Shown: positions 16,039 through 26,872, counted from the stretch's first letter. The stretch: DNA of 64,000 bases from Bacteroidota bacterium (GCA_018268195.1 JAFDWZ010000030.1:43599-107598), one strand, 5' to 3'. Program-made: numbers and translations. The notes: generated from the sequence alone by a model not told the origin.

Positions 16039-18120
16039 ATGAGAATCATGACGCTAATCCTGCTATGCATAGTATCATCTGTAGTTTTAGCAGATGAACA
16101 TCAGTTGGATACTCTGCTTTCAAAAGCAAATTTATATCGTGTGGAAGACACTACTCGTGCTTCGGTACTAAACGAACTATCTATTCAATTGAGTAATTCT
16201 GATTTTGACAGGGGTATAGCCTATGCTGACAGCTCTATAGCCCTTTGTACAAAAATAAATTCAGATATAAAACTGGCAACTGCTTATTATGCGAAAGCTC
16301 GGAATCTCAGTTCCGATGGCAAAGATTCTTTAGCCATCGTAAACTATCAACTTTCTTATAATCTCAATGAGAAGGTAGGCAAGGAACTGGCATGCGGAAC
16401 CATGCTACAGAATATGGGTATATCATTTTACAATCTTTCCTTTTATAAAAAAGCAACGGAAATGCATACCAAAGCCTTGACTGTTTTCAAAAAATTAAAT
16501 AACGAAAAAGGCATATCAGCCGCTCTTAACAGCCTGGGCATTGTGGCCATGGAATTATCAGATTATAGTCATGCAATGGAATACTATTTTGAAAGCCTGA
16601 CTCTTGCAAAGCGGAATCACGATACCGCTACAATGGCAAATGCCTATATGAACATTGGAATAGTGTATAAAAATCTGGGCGACCTGAACAAGGCAATAAC
16701 CTATCATAACAATGCCTTGCAGATTCACAAACAACAAAACAATCTTATTTACATTGCCAAAGCTTATAATAATATTGCAAACGTATATGGCGAAATGAAG
16801 CAATCTGTTAAAGCACTTGAATATTATCAGAAAGCGCTTGAAATAAACAAGGAAACAGATTACGAGTATGGTATTGCAAGCAATTATATTAACATGGGCA
16901 TAGAATTGCGCCAACTTAAACGATATAGTGAAGCTTATCAGGCACTCCAAAAAGCAGGTGATTTGTTTCTGAAGATAGAAGATAAGAATAATTATGGCAT
17001 TGCATTAAAAACAAAAGCATCACTGCTTATGGCAATGCCGGATTCAGTCAGGAATCAATTGGGAATCACTGCCTCGCAACACACTCCCATCATAAATGAT
17101 TTACTGGCTCAGGCATCAGTGATATTTAAAGAAACCGGTGATTATGCCTCGTTATCAGATGTGAATGACGATCTGTATAAAATGTACGAGAAGAAAGGTG
17201 ATTTAAAAAATGCTCTTGCACATTACAAGGAATACATTGCATACCGTGATTGTGTGCTCATAGATGAAAACAAAATAGAAGTTGAAAAATTAGAATTAAA
17301 ATACGAATATGCTACCCGTGAGCAGGAGTTAAAAGTTCTTAATATTCAAAAGCAATCAGAGTTGCAACAAGAGCAACTCAAACGCCAATATACAATGGCT
17401 GGAGGTGTAATGCTTTTGATGATTTCGGGAGGATTTTTTCTTTCTTATAAAAAAAGAAGGGATGCGCAGCAAAAAAGTAAAGAAGCAGAGTTAAATGCGG
17501 AACGAGTGGAATCTGAACTTAAGGCCTTGCGACTGCAGATGAATCCGCACTTTATGTTTAACTCATTAAACTCAATTACTAATTTTATTGATCATCACAA
17601 ACCGGAAACTGCATCAACCTATTCGGTGAAATTCGCAAAGCTGATGCGAATGGTGCTCGAAAATTCGGAACACCCTGAAGTATCGCTTGCAGATGAACTC
17701 CACTCTGTGGAACTCTATCTCACAATTGAATCCATGAGGTTGCATCCCAAACTGACATTTGAAATAAATTCAGATCCCTCACTAGAAACAGACAACATTA
17801 TGATTCCATCAATGATTCTTCAACCTTTTGTTGAAAACAGCATCATTCATGGCATTACCCCATTAAGAGATACGGGTCATTTGAAAATTAATTGCAATAA
17901 ACTGGACAACATGTTGCATATCACAATTGATGATAATGGTGTTGGCATGCCTAATTCCATTCAAACCAATGACAATAAAAAATCAATGGCAACAAAAATC
18001 AGTAAAGAAAGAATAGCATTGTTTAATGAACGGCATCAGGCAAATGCTGCCATTGAATATTCATCTCTTTCCCCCGGCACGCGAGTGACCATAAAAATTC
18101 CACTTAACTTACAATTCTGA
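16039..18120 (+). CDS. Sensor histidine kinase, extracytoplasmic TPR repeats plus LytS-type kinase core
   Basis: 693 aa. About 8 TPR units (AYMNIGIVYKNLGDLNKAITYHNNALQI and similar), a coiled coil and one TM (MAGGVMLLMISGGFFL) precede the kinase core. The His_kinase motif is LRLQMNPHFMFNSLNSI, and the HATPase motifs are IPSMILQPFVENSIIHG and DDNGVGM. Confidence 0.88.
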   Translation: MRIMTLILLCIVSSVVLADEHQLDTLLSKANLYRVEDTTRASVLNELSIQLSNSDFDRGIAYADSSIALCTKINSDIKLATAYYAKARNLSSDGKDSLAIVNYQLSYNLNEKVGKELACGTMLQNMGISFYNLSFYKKATEMHTKALTVFKKLNNEKGISAALNSLGIVAMELSDYSHAMEYYFESLTLAKRNHDTATMANAYMNIGIVYKNLGDLNKAITYHNNALQIHKQQNNLIYIAKAYNNIANVYGEMKQSVKALEYYQKALEINKETDYEYGIASNYINMGIELRQLKRYSEAYQALQKAGDLFLKIEDKNNYGIALKTKASLLMAMPDSVRNQLGITASQHTPIINDLLAQASVIFKETGDYASLSDVNDDLYKMYEKKGDLKNALAHYKEYIAYRDCVLIDENKIEVEKLELKYEYATREQELKVLNIQKQSELQQEQLKRQYTMAGGVMLLMISGGFFLSYKKRRDAQQKSKEAELNAERVESELKALRLQMNPHFMFNSLNSITNFIDHHKPETASTYSVKFAKLMRMVLENSEHPEVSLADELHSVELYLTIESMRLHPKLTFEINSDPSLETDNIMIPSMILQPFVENSIIHGITPLRDTGHLKINCNKLDNMLHITIDDNGVGMPNSIQTNDNKKSMATKISKERIALFNERHQANAAIEYSSLSPGTRVTIKIPLNLQF

Positions 18121-18137
18121 TATTACATTAACAGCCT

Positions 18138-18881
18138 ATGATACGTGCCGTGATTATTGATGATGAACAACATTGTATTGACAGACTCAGCACATTGCTT
18201 CATTCAACAAAAGACAAAGAAATTCAGCTTGCCGGAACTGCACAAAATGTGGATGATGGTATTGCGTTAATCAACAGGATTAAGCCACATCTGGTATTTC
18301 TGGATGTACAAATTGCAGATAAAACCGGATTTGATGTACTCAGGGCCTTACCGGCTACTACTTCTCGTATCATATTTACTACTGCACATGATAAATATGC
18401 TTTGCAGGCATTCAGGTTTTGTGCGCTTGATTATCTTCTTAAACCTATAGATGCAGATGAACTCAATGCAGCTCTCTCTAAATTTCAGGAAGAAAAAAAC
18501 GAAGCCAATATCAGTGAACAAATTACTGAACTGCTGAAAGGTATTGGAAACAAACCGCGAAAAATCGGAGTGCCTACTCTGAACGGGATTGTATTTATAC
18601 CTGTAACAGATATTATAAGGTGTCATGCCGATGGAAATTACACTGAGATACATCTAAGCGACAAGAAACAAATGGTGGTATCAAAAACACTTAAAGAATT
18701 TGAATTACTACTTTCTGACTACAATTTTTTCAGAGTACATAATTCAGATTTGGTGAATCTTGATTTTGTAAAAAGTTATAACAAAGGAAAAGGAGGGTAT
18801 CTGCTTCTCGAAGACCAATCATCAGTGGAAGTGTCATCGCGCAGAAAAGAAGAATTGCTGAAGAAATTAGGAAGCATGTAA
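18138..18881 (+). CDS. LytTR family response regulator
   Basis: The REC domain reads MIRAVIIDDE...LVFLDVQIADKTGFDVL...IIFTTAHDKYALQAF. The C-terminal LytTR domain reads IVFIPVTDIIRCHADGNYTEIHL...FFRVHNSDLVNLDFV. Confidence 0.9.
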   Translation: MIRAVIIDDEQHCIDRLSTLLHSTKDKEIQLAGTAQNVDDGIALINRIKPHLVFLDVQIADKTGFDVLRALPATTSRIIFTTAHDKYALQAFRFCALDYLLKPIDADELNAALSKFQEEKNEANISEQITELLKGIGNKPRKIGVPTLNGIVFIPVTDIIRCHADGNYTEIHLSDKKQMVVSKTLKEFELLLSDYNFFRVHNSDLVNLDFVKSYNKGKGGYLLLEDQSSVEVSSRRKEELLKKLGSM

Positions 18882-18917
18882 TTTTACACTTTAAAAAAGC
18901 TCTCTGCTTTATTATTT

Positions 18918-20270
18918 ATGGAAATCAGTTTACCGGACTTATTTTTATCGCACATCCCTCTTTCTGACGAAGAGAAAAGAAAATTTATACAATCACTTAA
19001 CAATTCACCTGCCACTTCAATCCGAATAAATCCTTTAAAAAGTGCTACCATACAAGAAGCCAATGCCGTTGCGTGGAGCCGTTTCGGATATTATCTTGAT
19101 GAGCGACCGGTGTTCACTCTGGATCCATTGTTTCATGCAGGCGCCTATTATGTACAGGAAGCAAGCAGCATGTTTGTGGAGCAGGTAATCACACAATTAT
19201 CTCTTGACAAACAACCTCTGCGCATTTTAGATGCCTGTGCATCGCCCGGAGGGAAGACCACACACTTACTTTCATTGCTACATCCCGACTCATTAATAGT
19301 TGCAAATGAATCCATCCGTTCGCGGCAGCAAGCACTCATTCATAATATCATCAAATGGGGAAAGAATAATGTGGTTGTTACCAATAGTGATACCGGTCGT
19401 TTTTCGGCCTTGAAGAGCTACTTTGATGTCATACTTTGTGATGCACCATGCTCGGGCGAAGGTTTGTTCCGAAAAGATGAGCAAGCTGTAAATCATTGGA
19501 GCGAAGAGAATGTTAAACATTGCTCATTGCGTCAACAGCGAATAGTAAATGAATTGTGGCCATCGCTGAAACCGGGAGGTATTTTTATTTATTCTACTTG
19601 CACTTATAATGAACAGGAGAATGAAAAAAACATTGCGAAGTTCTTGAATGATTTTGATGCGACATGCGAAAAACTGAATATTGAAAATTATCATGGCATA
19701 GAAGAGCATACAGATAGTGCAGTTACCTCCTATCGCTTTTATCCTCATAAAATAAAAGGCGAAGGTTTTACAATAAGTATCATTCGCAAAGGCTCTGAAG
19801 GCGAATCAGCACACTACCGGCCGGGAAAGGCTGAAGATATAGATTTGAAAATTCGCAGGCAGGCAGCCGATTATATCCAAAACGCTGATGATTCCTATAT
19901 GTTTATGCATCAACAAACCGTACGGTTTATTCCAAAGCAACTAAAAAATGAATTAACCCTTCTGAAGGCCATGTACATCACCCATGCAGGTACTGCCATT
20001 GCAACAATCAAAGGAAAAGACTGGATACCGGATGCCGAGTTAGCATTGTCAACTGCTCTTAATAAAACTTTTTTTAACACCACCGAAACTGATGCCTTAA
20101 CTGCATTGCACCTGCTCAAAGGCGATACGCAGCTTACAACAGAACTTGCCGAGGGACATGCACTGGTCAAGCATCAAGGTTTACCACTTATGTTTGTTAA
20201 AAAAACCGGCAGACGAATCAACAATCTTTATCCGCGCGAATGGTATATTCGCATGAAGGTTGACAAATGA
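18918..20270 (+). CDS. RsmB/RsmF-family RNA cytosine-C5 methyltransferase
   Basis: Carries the SAM-binding motif ILDACASPGGKTTHL and the catalytic motifs DAPCSGEGLFRKD and YSTCTYNEQENE. A C-terminal RsmF-like extension is present. Confidence 0.85.
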   Translation: MEISLPDLFLSHIPLSDEEKRKFIQSLNNSPATSIRINPLKSATIQEANAVAWSRFGYYLDERPVFTLDPLFHAGAYYVQEASSMFVEQVITQLSLDKQPLRILDACASPGGKTTHLLSLLHPDSLIVANESIRSRQQALIHNIIKWGKNNVVVTNSDTGRFSALKSYFDVILCDAPCSGEGLFRKDEQAVNHWSEENVKHCSLRQQRIVNELWPSLKPGGIFIYSTCTYNEQENEKNIAKFLNDFDATCEKLNIENYHGIEEHTDSAVTSYRFYPHKIKGEGFTISIIRKGSEGESAHYRPGKAEDIDLKIRRQAADYIQNADDSYMFMHQQTVRFIPKQLKNELTLLKAMYITHAGTAIATIKGKDWIPDAELALSTALNKTFFNTTETDALTALHLLKGDTQLTTELAEGHALVKHQGLPLMFVKKTGRRINNLYPREWYIRMKVDK

Positions 20271-20295
20271 ATTAATATCCTAAAAAACAACATCA

Positions 20296-22407
20296 TTGAA
20301 TCAGAAGAAAAAAGATAAAAAAGTAATAGCAAAAAAAGAAGAATCCATAAAAGGTGTAGAAAAGCGAAAACTTCTCAGGTGGCTGTCGCTGCTGCTGCCT
20401 ATTGTTGCATTTGCTTTATATGCCAATACTCTTGGAAATGATTATACCGTTGATGACGGCACGGTGATGCAGAATAATAAACTGGTAAAACAGGGAGTGA
20501 GTGCCATCCCTGAAATTCTTACTACTCCCTATCGTAAAGGTTTTTGGGATCGCAATGAAAGTCTTTACCGCCCACTGTCGGTGGTGATGTTTGCAGTGGA
20601 ATGGCAGTTGGCACCAGAAAACCCCATGCCCGGTCACATTATCAATGTAATGCTTTATATATTGACGGCATTTGTGCTGTTCCGTTTTCTGCTGTTGGTA
20701 TTTAATCAGAATATGCTATTGGCTTTCAGCACTACATTGCTGTACATTGTTCATCCCATTCATACCGAGGTGGTGGCCAACATTAAAAGCCGTGATGAGA
20801 TTTTATGTTTTCTGTTTATCATACTCTCCTTTTATTATTTCCTTAAAGGGTTGAATGAAAAGAAATGGTTACATTATTTACTTGCTGCTATTTTCTTTTT
20901 TCTTTCACTGATGTCGAAAGAAAGTTCTATTACCTGTGTAGCTGTTTATCCATTGCTGGCATATTTTTTCAGGTCGAAAAACATGATGGAAAGTTTACGC
21001 GCTTCTCTTATTCCATGGTGTGCTGCACTGGTTTATCTTGGAGTGCGGTTTATGGTACTTAAAGGTGTTTCCAACTTTACCGAAATTCTTCCTATCAACA
21101 ATTCGCTGGTGAATGCCACTTCCATAACAGATAGACTTGCCACTGCCATGATGATACTCGGAAAATACCTATGGCTGCTTATCGTTCCTTATCCTTTATC
21201 TTTCGATTATTCATTCAACACATTTCCGATTGTAAGTTTTGGAGATATACGCGCTATTATCGCACTGATAATTTACATAGCACTTGGCATATTTGCTATT
21301 CGTGGATTTACCAAACGCAACCCCGCAGCATTCGGAATTGCCTTTTTCCTAATTACCATAAGCATTATCAGCAATGTGTTTTTCCTCATTGAATCTGTGA
21401 TGGCCGAAAGATTTACCTATCTCCCCTCTCTCGGAATTTGTATGGCGGGAATAGTTGTTTCCGCTCACTTGCTTAAACTGCAATACAAGAACAGCGACTA
21501 CGTAAATGTGTCGTCCGTACTATCAGCCAATAAAATATTTTTCACACTTGTTTTCTCGGTATCATTGATTTATTCAGTAATGACAATTGCACGTAACAGA
21601 GATTGGAAAAACAATCTTACACTGCTGGAAACAGATGTAAAAACCTGTCCTGAAAGTGCACGCATACGTTATGCTTACGGCAGTGCCATACTGATTGAGC
21701 AGGCTCTGAAAGAAAAAAATCACGACAAGAAAATGAATCTTCTTGATAAAAGTATTGTTCAGTTGGAAAAAGGGGTATCCATATTGCCAACCTACTCTGA
21801 AGCATATTACCATCTGGGAATAGCCTATAAAGAACGGGAGAATTACCAAAATGCCGTTGCTTGTTTTGAACGCGCTGCAAAAAACAAAACTTTTACCGAC
21901 CCACAATTTTTTGTGTCGTGGGGAGTATCCTGCGGCAAAGCCGGAATGTACGAGCAAAGTATCAAAGCCTTGAATCATGCTATTGAACTCGACCCAAATA
22001 CGTTAGATGCCTATCTTAATCTGGGCGTTTTTTATGATGAGATGAAACGCTATGATGATGCAATCAGCAGTTTAAAGAGTGCCCTTAAAATAGATTCAAA
22101 GTCAGAAAATGCTTGTTACAATATGGGAAACACCTACGCCCATAAAATCAACTTCCCTGAAGCAATTAAGTGGTACAAAAAAGCTTTGGAGATTAATCCC
22201 ACCTATGAAGATGCAGTAAATAATATAGGTAACAGCTATGCTGCCATGCAGGACTATGCAAATGCGATTATTTACTTCCGAAAAGCAATTGAAATAAATC
22301 CAAGCAACACTAAGGCGCTTAACAATCTCGGCATTACCTTAATAATGACCGGCAACAGAGCCGAAGGCGAAAAATATATCAGCCAAGCTAAACAACTTGG
22401 AGGATAA
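20296..22407 (+). CDS. Polytopic membrane protein with C-terminal TPR repeats (TMTC/PMT-like glycosyltransferase architecture)
   Basis: 703 aa. The N-terminus, YANTLGNDYTVDDGTVMQNN...LYRPLSVVMFAVEW...GHIINVMLY, is followed by about 10 TM helices and about 6 TPR units (AYYHLGIAYKERENYQNAVACFERA and similar). The start is a TTG, which is uncertain. Confidence 0.7.
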   Translation: MNQKKKDKKVIAKKEESIKGVEKRKLLRWLSLLLPIVAFALYANTLGNDYTVDDGTVMQNNKLVKQGVSAIPEILTTPYRKGFWDRNESLYRPLSVVMFAVEWQLAPENPMPGHIINVMLYILTAFVLFRFLLLVFNQNMLLAFSTTLLYIVHPIHTEVVANIKSRDEILCFLFIILSFYYFLKGLNEKKWLHYLLAAIFFFLSLMSKESSITCVAVYPLLAYFFRSKNMMESLRASLIPWCAALVYLGVRFMVLKGVSNFTEILPINNSLVNATSITDRLATAMMILGKYLWLLIVPYPLSFDYSFNTFPIVSFGDIRAIIALIIYIALGIFAIRGFTKRNPAAFGIAFFLITISIISNVFFLIESVMAERFTYLPSLGICMAGIVVSAHLLKLQYKNSDYVNVSSVLSANKIFFTLVFSVSLIYSVMTIARNRDWKNNLTLLETDVKTCPESARIRYAYGSAILIEQALKEKNHDKKMNLLDKSIVQLEKGVSILPTYSEAYYHLGIAYKERENYQNAVACFERAAKNKTFTDPQFFVSWGVSCGKAGMYEQSIKALNHAIELDPNTLDAYLNLGVFYDEMKRYDDAISSLKSALKIDSKSENACYNMGNTYAHKINFPEAIKWYKKALEINPTYEDAVNNIGNSYAAMQDYANAIIYFRKAIEINPSNTKALNNLGITLIMTGNRAEGEKYISQAKQLGG

Positions 22408-22472
22408 CTACAGTTGAAGTTTCAACCTAATGGATTTATCAAACAAATATTTTGCGAGGTCCAAAAATTATT

Positions 22473-23087
22473 TCAGGACAGTTGTTTGAAATAGCTGCCA
22501 TCAGGCAACTTCGCAAATCCCAACATGGTTAAAAACTTTGCATGTCCCGGATGTGCTACCTGGTTATAGGTTATTTTTTTTACACCCTGCGCCTGTAATC
22601 TGTTTTTTTCCTGTTCGAAAATAAATCTGCCTACTTTATAATCTCTGTATTTGGGTATGGTATAATTCACCATAACCTGAGCTTGACCCTCATCGCTAAT
22701 GCGAATGATAAACAAATTGGCTATTGAAAGATCGCGTAAGGTAATGAATGCTTTGTTGTTGATGTCGGCTTCATTTTTAAATGCAGGAAAATAAGATTCC
22801 AAATCTTTGCCGTTGCGCTTAATGAAACAGGAAATCAATTCATCTTGCGTGTCAATCTGTACCAAATCAAACGCTTCACGACTACGATAAAGACGCACCA
22901 TCTGAAAAATATTTATGACCAGTAAAATTGCATTTGCAATAACAACAGGCATGGCATTAATCATAAGGCCATAAATGATAAACGTAACCTGCCCTCCAAG
23001 GCTATACCATCTGAACTTAAAAGCATTGGTAACTACAAGTGATACTGCAAGAAAAGCGGACGCAAGGTACCCTATGAATAACGCCAT
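22473..23087 (-). CDS. Membrane protein: 3-TM YgjV-like N-terminus fused to a GNAT-like C-terminal domain (tentative)
   Basis: 204 aa. Residues 1-65 form three hydrophobic helices ending IANAILLVINIFQMVRLYR. The C-terminus, YRDYKVGRFIFEQEKNRLQAQGVKKITYNQVAHPGHAKFLTMLGFAKL, resembles the acetyl-CoA-binding core of GNAT enzymes. Confidence 0.5.
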   Translation of the reverse strand: MALFIGYLASAFLAVSLVVTNAFKFRWYSLGGQVTFIIYGLMINAMPVVIANAILLVINIFQMVRLYRSREAFDLVQIDTQDELISCFIKRNGKDLESYFPAFKNEADINNKAFITLRDLSIANLFIIRISDEGQAQVMVNYTIPKYRDYKVGRFIFEQEKNRLQAQGVKKITYNQVAHPGHAKFLTMLGFAKLPDGSYFKQLS

Positions 23088-23231
23088 AAAATGAATATTA
23101 ATTTAACAAGTTCACTACAGAAGTGAACATTAGTAATTGAAAAACGCAAATCGCTTTCAATATTGCAACAATCAAATTTCAAGAAACAAACTAAAGTGAC
23201 TGAAAAATAAAATGTCTGATTTCAAAAATCA

Positions 23232-24269
23232 CTATCTGATATCCCACACTTCGCCACCTCTGAGAAGTTTATCGAGGTTGCCTTTGCCTTTGGTGGCAAT
23301 CACCTGCTCAACCTGATCATTCATCACATCTTCGTAGCAAGGTCTGTCTTCCTCGTAGAATATTCCAAAAGGTCTTGGGAAGTGACCTTCTTTAGAAGGA
23401 TTGTCAAAGAAGCGTGAGAGGATAGCGGCTTTAACACGGTCGGAAGTATCATGTACCCACATATCGTTTGCACTGTTACCGTTGTCATTTACATTTACAA
23501 TGACCGGTTTGAATCCATCCAATTTTATTCCAAGTTCGTTGTTCTGACCAAACAATAACGGTTTGCCATTTTCAACAAACAAGGCTTCTTGCTTTTTGGT
23601 AGATTTCTCAGTAAACACTTCAAAAGCACCATCATTAAAGACGTTACAGTTCTGATAAATTTCGAGGAATGAAGTTCCTTTATGAGCAGCAGACTTACGA
23701 AGCATATCTTTAAGATGAACAGGGTCTCTGTCCATACTGCGTGCAATAAAAGTTCCGTCAGCTCCCATAGCAAGAGCTATCGGATTAAACGGATGGTCAA
23801 TAGAGCCATAAGGAGTTGACTTGGTTACCTTACCTTCTTCAGATGTAGGCGAATATTGTCCTTTGGTAAGTCCATAAATCTGGTTGTTAAACAACAGCAC
23901 ATTTACATCCAGGTTTCTTCGCATGAGATGAATAAAATGATTTCCTCCGATGGACATAGAGTCGCCATCACCGGTGACAATCCAGATGCTGAGGTCTTTG
24001 CGGGTTGCCCTTAGTCCGCTGGCAATTGCCGTAGCACGTCCGTGAATGGAGTGCATGCCATAGGTTTCCATATAATAAGGAAAGCGTGAGGAGCATCCGA
24101 TACCGGAAATAAAAACAAATTTCTCTCTTGGAATTCCAAGTTCAGGGACTACTGTCTGCACTTGTTTTAATATGGAATAATCACCGCAGCCGGGGCACCA
24201 TCTTACTTCCTGATCGGTAACCAGCTCTTTTGCGGTAAATAATGGAGCAGATGTTGTTGCTGTATCCAT
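23232..24269 (-). CDS. korB: 2-oxoglutarate/2-oxoacid:ferredoxin oxidoreductase subunit beta
   Basis: Carries the motifs RWCPGCGDYSIL, TPP-binding IVTGDGDSMSIGGNHFIH, and NNQIYGLTKGQ. Confidence 0.9.
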   Translation of the reverse strand: MDTATTSAPLFTAKELVTDQEVRWCPGCGDYSILKQVQTVVPELGIPREKFVFISGIGCSSRFPYYMETYGMHSIHGRATAIASGLRATRKDLSIWIVTGDGDSMSIGGNHFIHLMRRNLDVNVLLFNNQIYGLTKGQYSPTSEEGKVTKSTPYGSIDHPFNPIALAMGADGTFIARSMDRDPVHLKDMLRKSAAHKGTSFLEIYQNCNVFNDGAFEVFTEKSTKKQEALFVENGKPLLFGQNNELGIKLDGFKPVIVNVNDNGNSANDMWVHDTSDRVKAAILSRFFDNPSKEGHFPRPFGIFYEEDRPCYEDVMNDQVEQVIATKGKGNLDKLLRGGEVWDIR

Positions 24270-24317
24270 GTTCTTATATTATTTTTTTCTGTTTAACAAT
24301 TTATTATAACGTACTGC

Positions 24318-26159
24318 CTATTTACACAGTTCAATTATTTTATCTTTAATTTCGCCTGCCGAGAACGGAACTCCCATAATTTTATTTAAGCCGATGGCAG
24401 GAATCATATATTTATCGCGCAACACTTTAAGCAGTTGTCCGGTATTCATTTCAGGAACAAGTACCTTGTCGTAATTAAACAACAATTCACCCAGATTTTT
24501 TGGGAAAGGTTTCAGATAAGTGATATGAGCATGTGCTGCATCATAACCTTCATTACGCGCAAGTTTACAAGCTGTTTTAATAGCACCATAGGTGCTACCC
24601 CATCCAACTACAAGTAATTTTCCTTTTTCCGGACCACTATCGAGCGTTTGTAACGGAATGCTGTCGGCCACCTTTTCAACTTTAGCATCGCGCATACGCA
24701 CCATAAACTGATGGTTTTCGCTGTCGTAGCTGATGTTACCTGTTTCATGCTGTTTTTCCAAACCGCCTATGCGATGTTCCAATTCTTTGGTGCCCGGTAA
24801 TGCCCAAGGGCGCGAGAGTTTTTCATCTCTCTTATAAGGCAAAAATTTCTCACCGTTTTTTTCGGTAGTAAATTTCACATCAATTTTCTTTAACTTATCG
24901 GCAGTAGGATATTGCCATGGTTCAGCACCGTTAGCAATATAACCGTCAGAAAGCATCATCACGGGCGTCATATACTCCAGCGCTATACGACAAGCTTCGA
25001 ATGCAGTGTCGAAACAATTTGCAGGAGTGTATGCTGCAATTACCGGCATAGGAGCTTCACCATTACGTCCGTATAATGCCTGAAGCAGGTCACTTTGTTC
25101 GGTCTTAGTGGGTAACCCTGTTGAAGGGCCTCCACGTTGCACGTTGATGATTACAAGAGGAAGTTCGAGCATGATAGCCAAACCCATTGCTTCGCCTTTG
25201 AGAGCAATACCAGGGCCTGATGAAGTTGTTACTGCCAATGATCCGCCAAAAGAAGCACCGATAGCTGTACAAATACCTGCAATTTCGTCTTCAGCCTGAA
25301 AAGTTTTAACTCCAAAAGATTTGTGTTTTGACAACTCATGTAAAATGTCGGAAGCCGGTGTGATGGGATAAGTTCCGCAAAACAAAGGTAAGCCTGCCTG
25401 ATGTGATGCTGCCACCAAACCAATAGCAGTGGCTTGATTGCCCATGATGTTGCGGTAAGAACCTGCAGCCATCTTAGCAGGTTGCACCTGATATCTTGTT
25501 CTGAAAGTTTCAGTAGTATCGCCATAATTATAACCTGCTCTCAGCACTTTGAGGTTGGCATCCAAAATTGCAGGTTTTTTACCGAATTTATCTTCCAGAA
25601 ATTTTATGGAATTATCTAATGAACGGTTATACATCCAGTATAAAAATCCAAGGACAAACATGTTTTTAGCTCTGTCAATCTCTTTGGTTCCAAGGCCTGA
25701 ATCTACCAATGCCGCACGGGTCATTTTGGTAACATCAATGGTAATGAGATTGAATTTTTCGAGGCTACCATCTTCGAGAGGGCTTTTACCGTCAGCATAA
25801 TTTGCAAGGCGCAGATTCTTTGGGTCAAAACCGTCACTGTTGGCAATAATAATTCCACCTTCTTTCAGATTTTTAAGATTTGCTTTCAGCGCTGCAGCAT
25901 TCATAGCTACCAACACATCACATTTATCTCCGGGTGTATAAATATTTACACTTCCAAAATGCAACTGATAGCCTGACACACCAGCGAGGGTACCTTGCGG
26001 GGCACGAATTTCTGCGGGAAAATCAGGGAAAGTGCTCAGGTCGTTACCAAAAAGTGCCGCTGTATTGGTAAACTGTGTACCCGTAAGCTGCATACCATCA
26101 CCAGAGTCACCGGCAAATTTTATAATTACCTGCTCTAAAACTTCATTCGGTTTTTCCAT
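24318..26159 (-). CDS. korA: 2-oxoglutarate/2-oxoacid:ferredoxin oxidoreductase subunit alpha
   Basis: 613 aa. The N-terminal gamma-like domain reads [15 protein letters not shown]. The pyrimidine-binding domain reads [15 protein letters not shown]...[19 protein letters not shown]. It lies 48 nt upstream of korB. Confidence 0.9.
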   Translation of the reverse strand: MEKPNEVLEQVIIKFAGDSGDGMQLTGTQFTNTAALFGNDLSTFPDFPAEIRAPQGTLAGVSGYQLHFGSVNIYTPGDKCDVLVAMNAAALKANLKNLKEGGIIIANSDGFDPKNLRLANYADGKSPLEDGSLEKFNLITIDVTKMTRAALVDSGLGTKEIDRAKNMFVLGFLYWMYNRSLDNSIKFLEDKFGKKPAILDANLKVLRAGYNYGDTTETFRTRYQVQPAKMAAGSYRNIMGNQATAIGLVAASHQAGLPLFCGTYPITPASDILHELSKHKSFGVKTFQAEDEIAGICTAIGASFGGSLAVTTSSGPGIALKGEAMGLAIMLELPLVIINVQRGGPSTGLPTKTEQSDLLQALYGRNGEAPMPVIAAYTPANCFDTAFEACRIALEYMTPVMMLSDGYIANGAEPWQYPTADKLKKIDVKFTTEKNGEKFLPYKRDEKLSRPWALPGTKELEHRIGGLEKQHETGNISYDSENHQFMVRMRDAKVEKVADSIPLQTLDSGPEKGKLLVVGWGSTYGAIKTACKLARNEGYDAAHAHITYLKPFPKNLGELLFNYDKVLVPEMNTGQLLKVLRDKYMIPAIGLNKIMGVPFSAGEIKDKIIELCK

Positions 26160-26182
26160 TATGATAATAAATTTTTCAAATA

Positions 26183-26190
26183 CAAAAGTA
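26183..26190 (-). promoter_or_regulatory. -7 box TACTTTTG upstream of korA
   Basis: Exact TAnnTTTG match on the minus strand, 24 nt upstream of the ATG at 26159. Confidence 0.45.
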
Positions 26191-26248
26191 TAATATTAAG
26201 CAATAGGATTCAGGCAATGTTTCTACAATTTTTGAACTGAATTCATTG

Positions 26249-26872
26249 CTAAAATCTGTATCCGATAGAAAAGCTAAGCAGTTGATAGAAACCCATATAA
26301 AACGTTTCTGACCGCGTATCTGAATTCCCTTCTACCACCGGAATGTTATTCACTTTCCGGAAATTGTAATGATATAAGGCGGGAGCAATTTTACCGGAAA
26401 GCACTATTCTGTCGAAAGGCACATAATAACAACCAAAAGTTACTGCCACACCGGTGTTATGATAATTGCGCAATGCTCCATTATCGTAGGCGCGTTTGTT
26501 GACCATGTGAAACAAAGTTGCTCCATACAACATTCCGAAAACCGGATCAGTAGAGCCTGAAAGGAAACCTGCATGAAATCCATAACGGGTAACGCCATCT
26601 TTTGCGGGAAACAAAAAATTAATTCCTGCCAAAGCTCTCACCCGTTCGCCAACTACTATGGAATATGTGATGCTTTCATGCATGAGAAAATCCTGCCCCT
26701 GCGGTTTGTTGAAATAAGGCACTATACGGCTTACAGTTACATCAATGCCGTTAAGATACTGCGTATGACGACTATTGATTCGCTGCGCTTGTAAACTAAA
26801 AGGAATACCTAACCAACCGAAAACACTTAAGAAAATGCAGAAAGAAAATTTCATACGGATTTTTCTGTTCAT
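26249..26872 (-). CDS. Hypothetical small outer-membrane beta-barrel protein
   Basis: Signal peptide MNRKIRMKFSFCIFLSVFGWLGIPFSLQAQ, with alternating-hydrophobic strands and a terminal SIGYRF with C-terminal Phe. Starts at 26914, 26872 or 26854 are all possible. Confidence 0.6.
   Translation of the reverse strand: MNRKIRMKFSFCIFLSVFGWLGIPFSLQAQRINSRHTQYLNGIDVTVSRIVPYFNKPQGQDFLMHESITYSIVVGERVRALAGINFLFPAKDGVTRYGFHAGFLSGSTDPVFGMLYGATLFHMVNKRAYDNGALRNYHNTGVAVTFGCYYVPFDRIVLSGKIAPALYHYNFRKVNNIPVVEGNSDTRSETFYMGFYQLLSFSIGYRF

Noticed and set aside
16558-16950. A 130-aa antisense ORF inside the TPR sensor kinase gene.
   Set aside because: It lies opposite a well-supported TPR coding region. Its composition is Ile/Phe/Cys-rich as expected from AT-rich antisense translation. 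It has no start context or motif.
23109-23127. A 7-bp hairpin, GTTCACT/AGTGAAC, downstream of korB, considered as a possible terminator.
   Set aside because: It lies 105 nt past the korB stop, lacks a U-tract on the relevant strand and is short. This is not enough to call a terminator.
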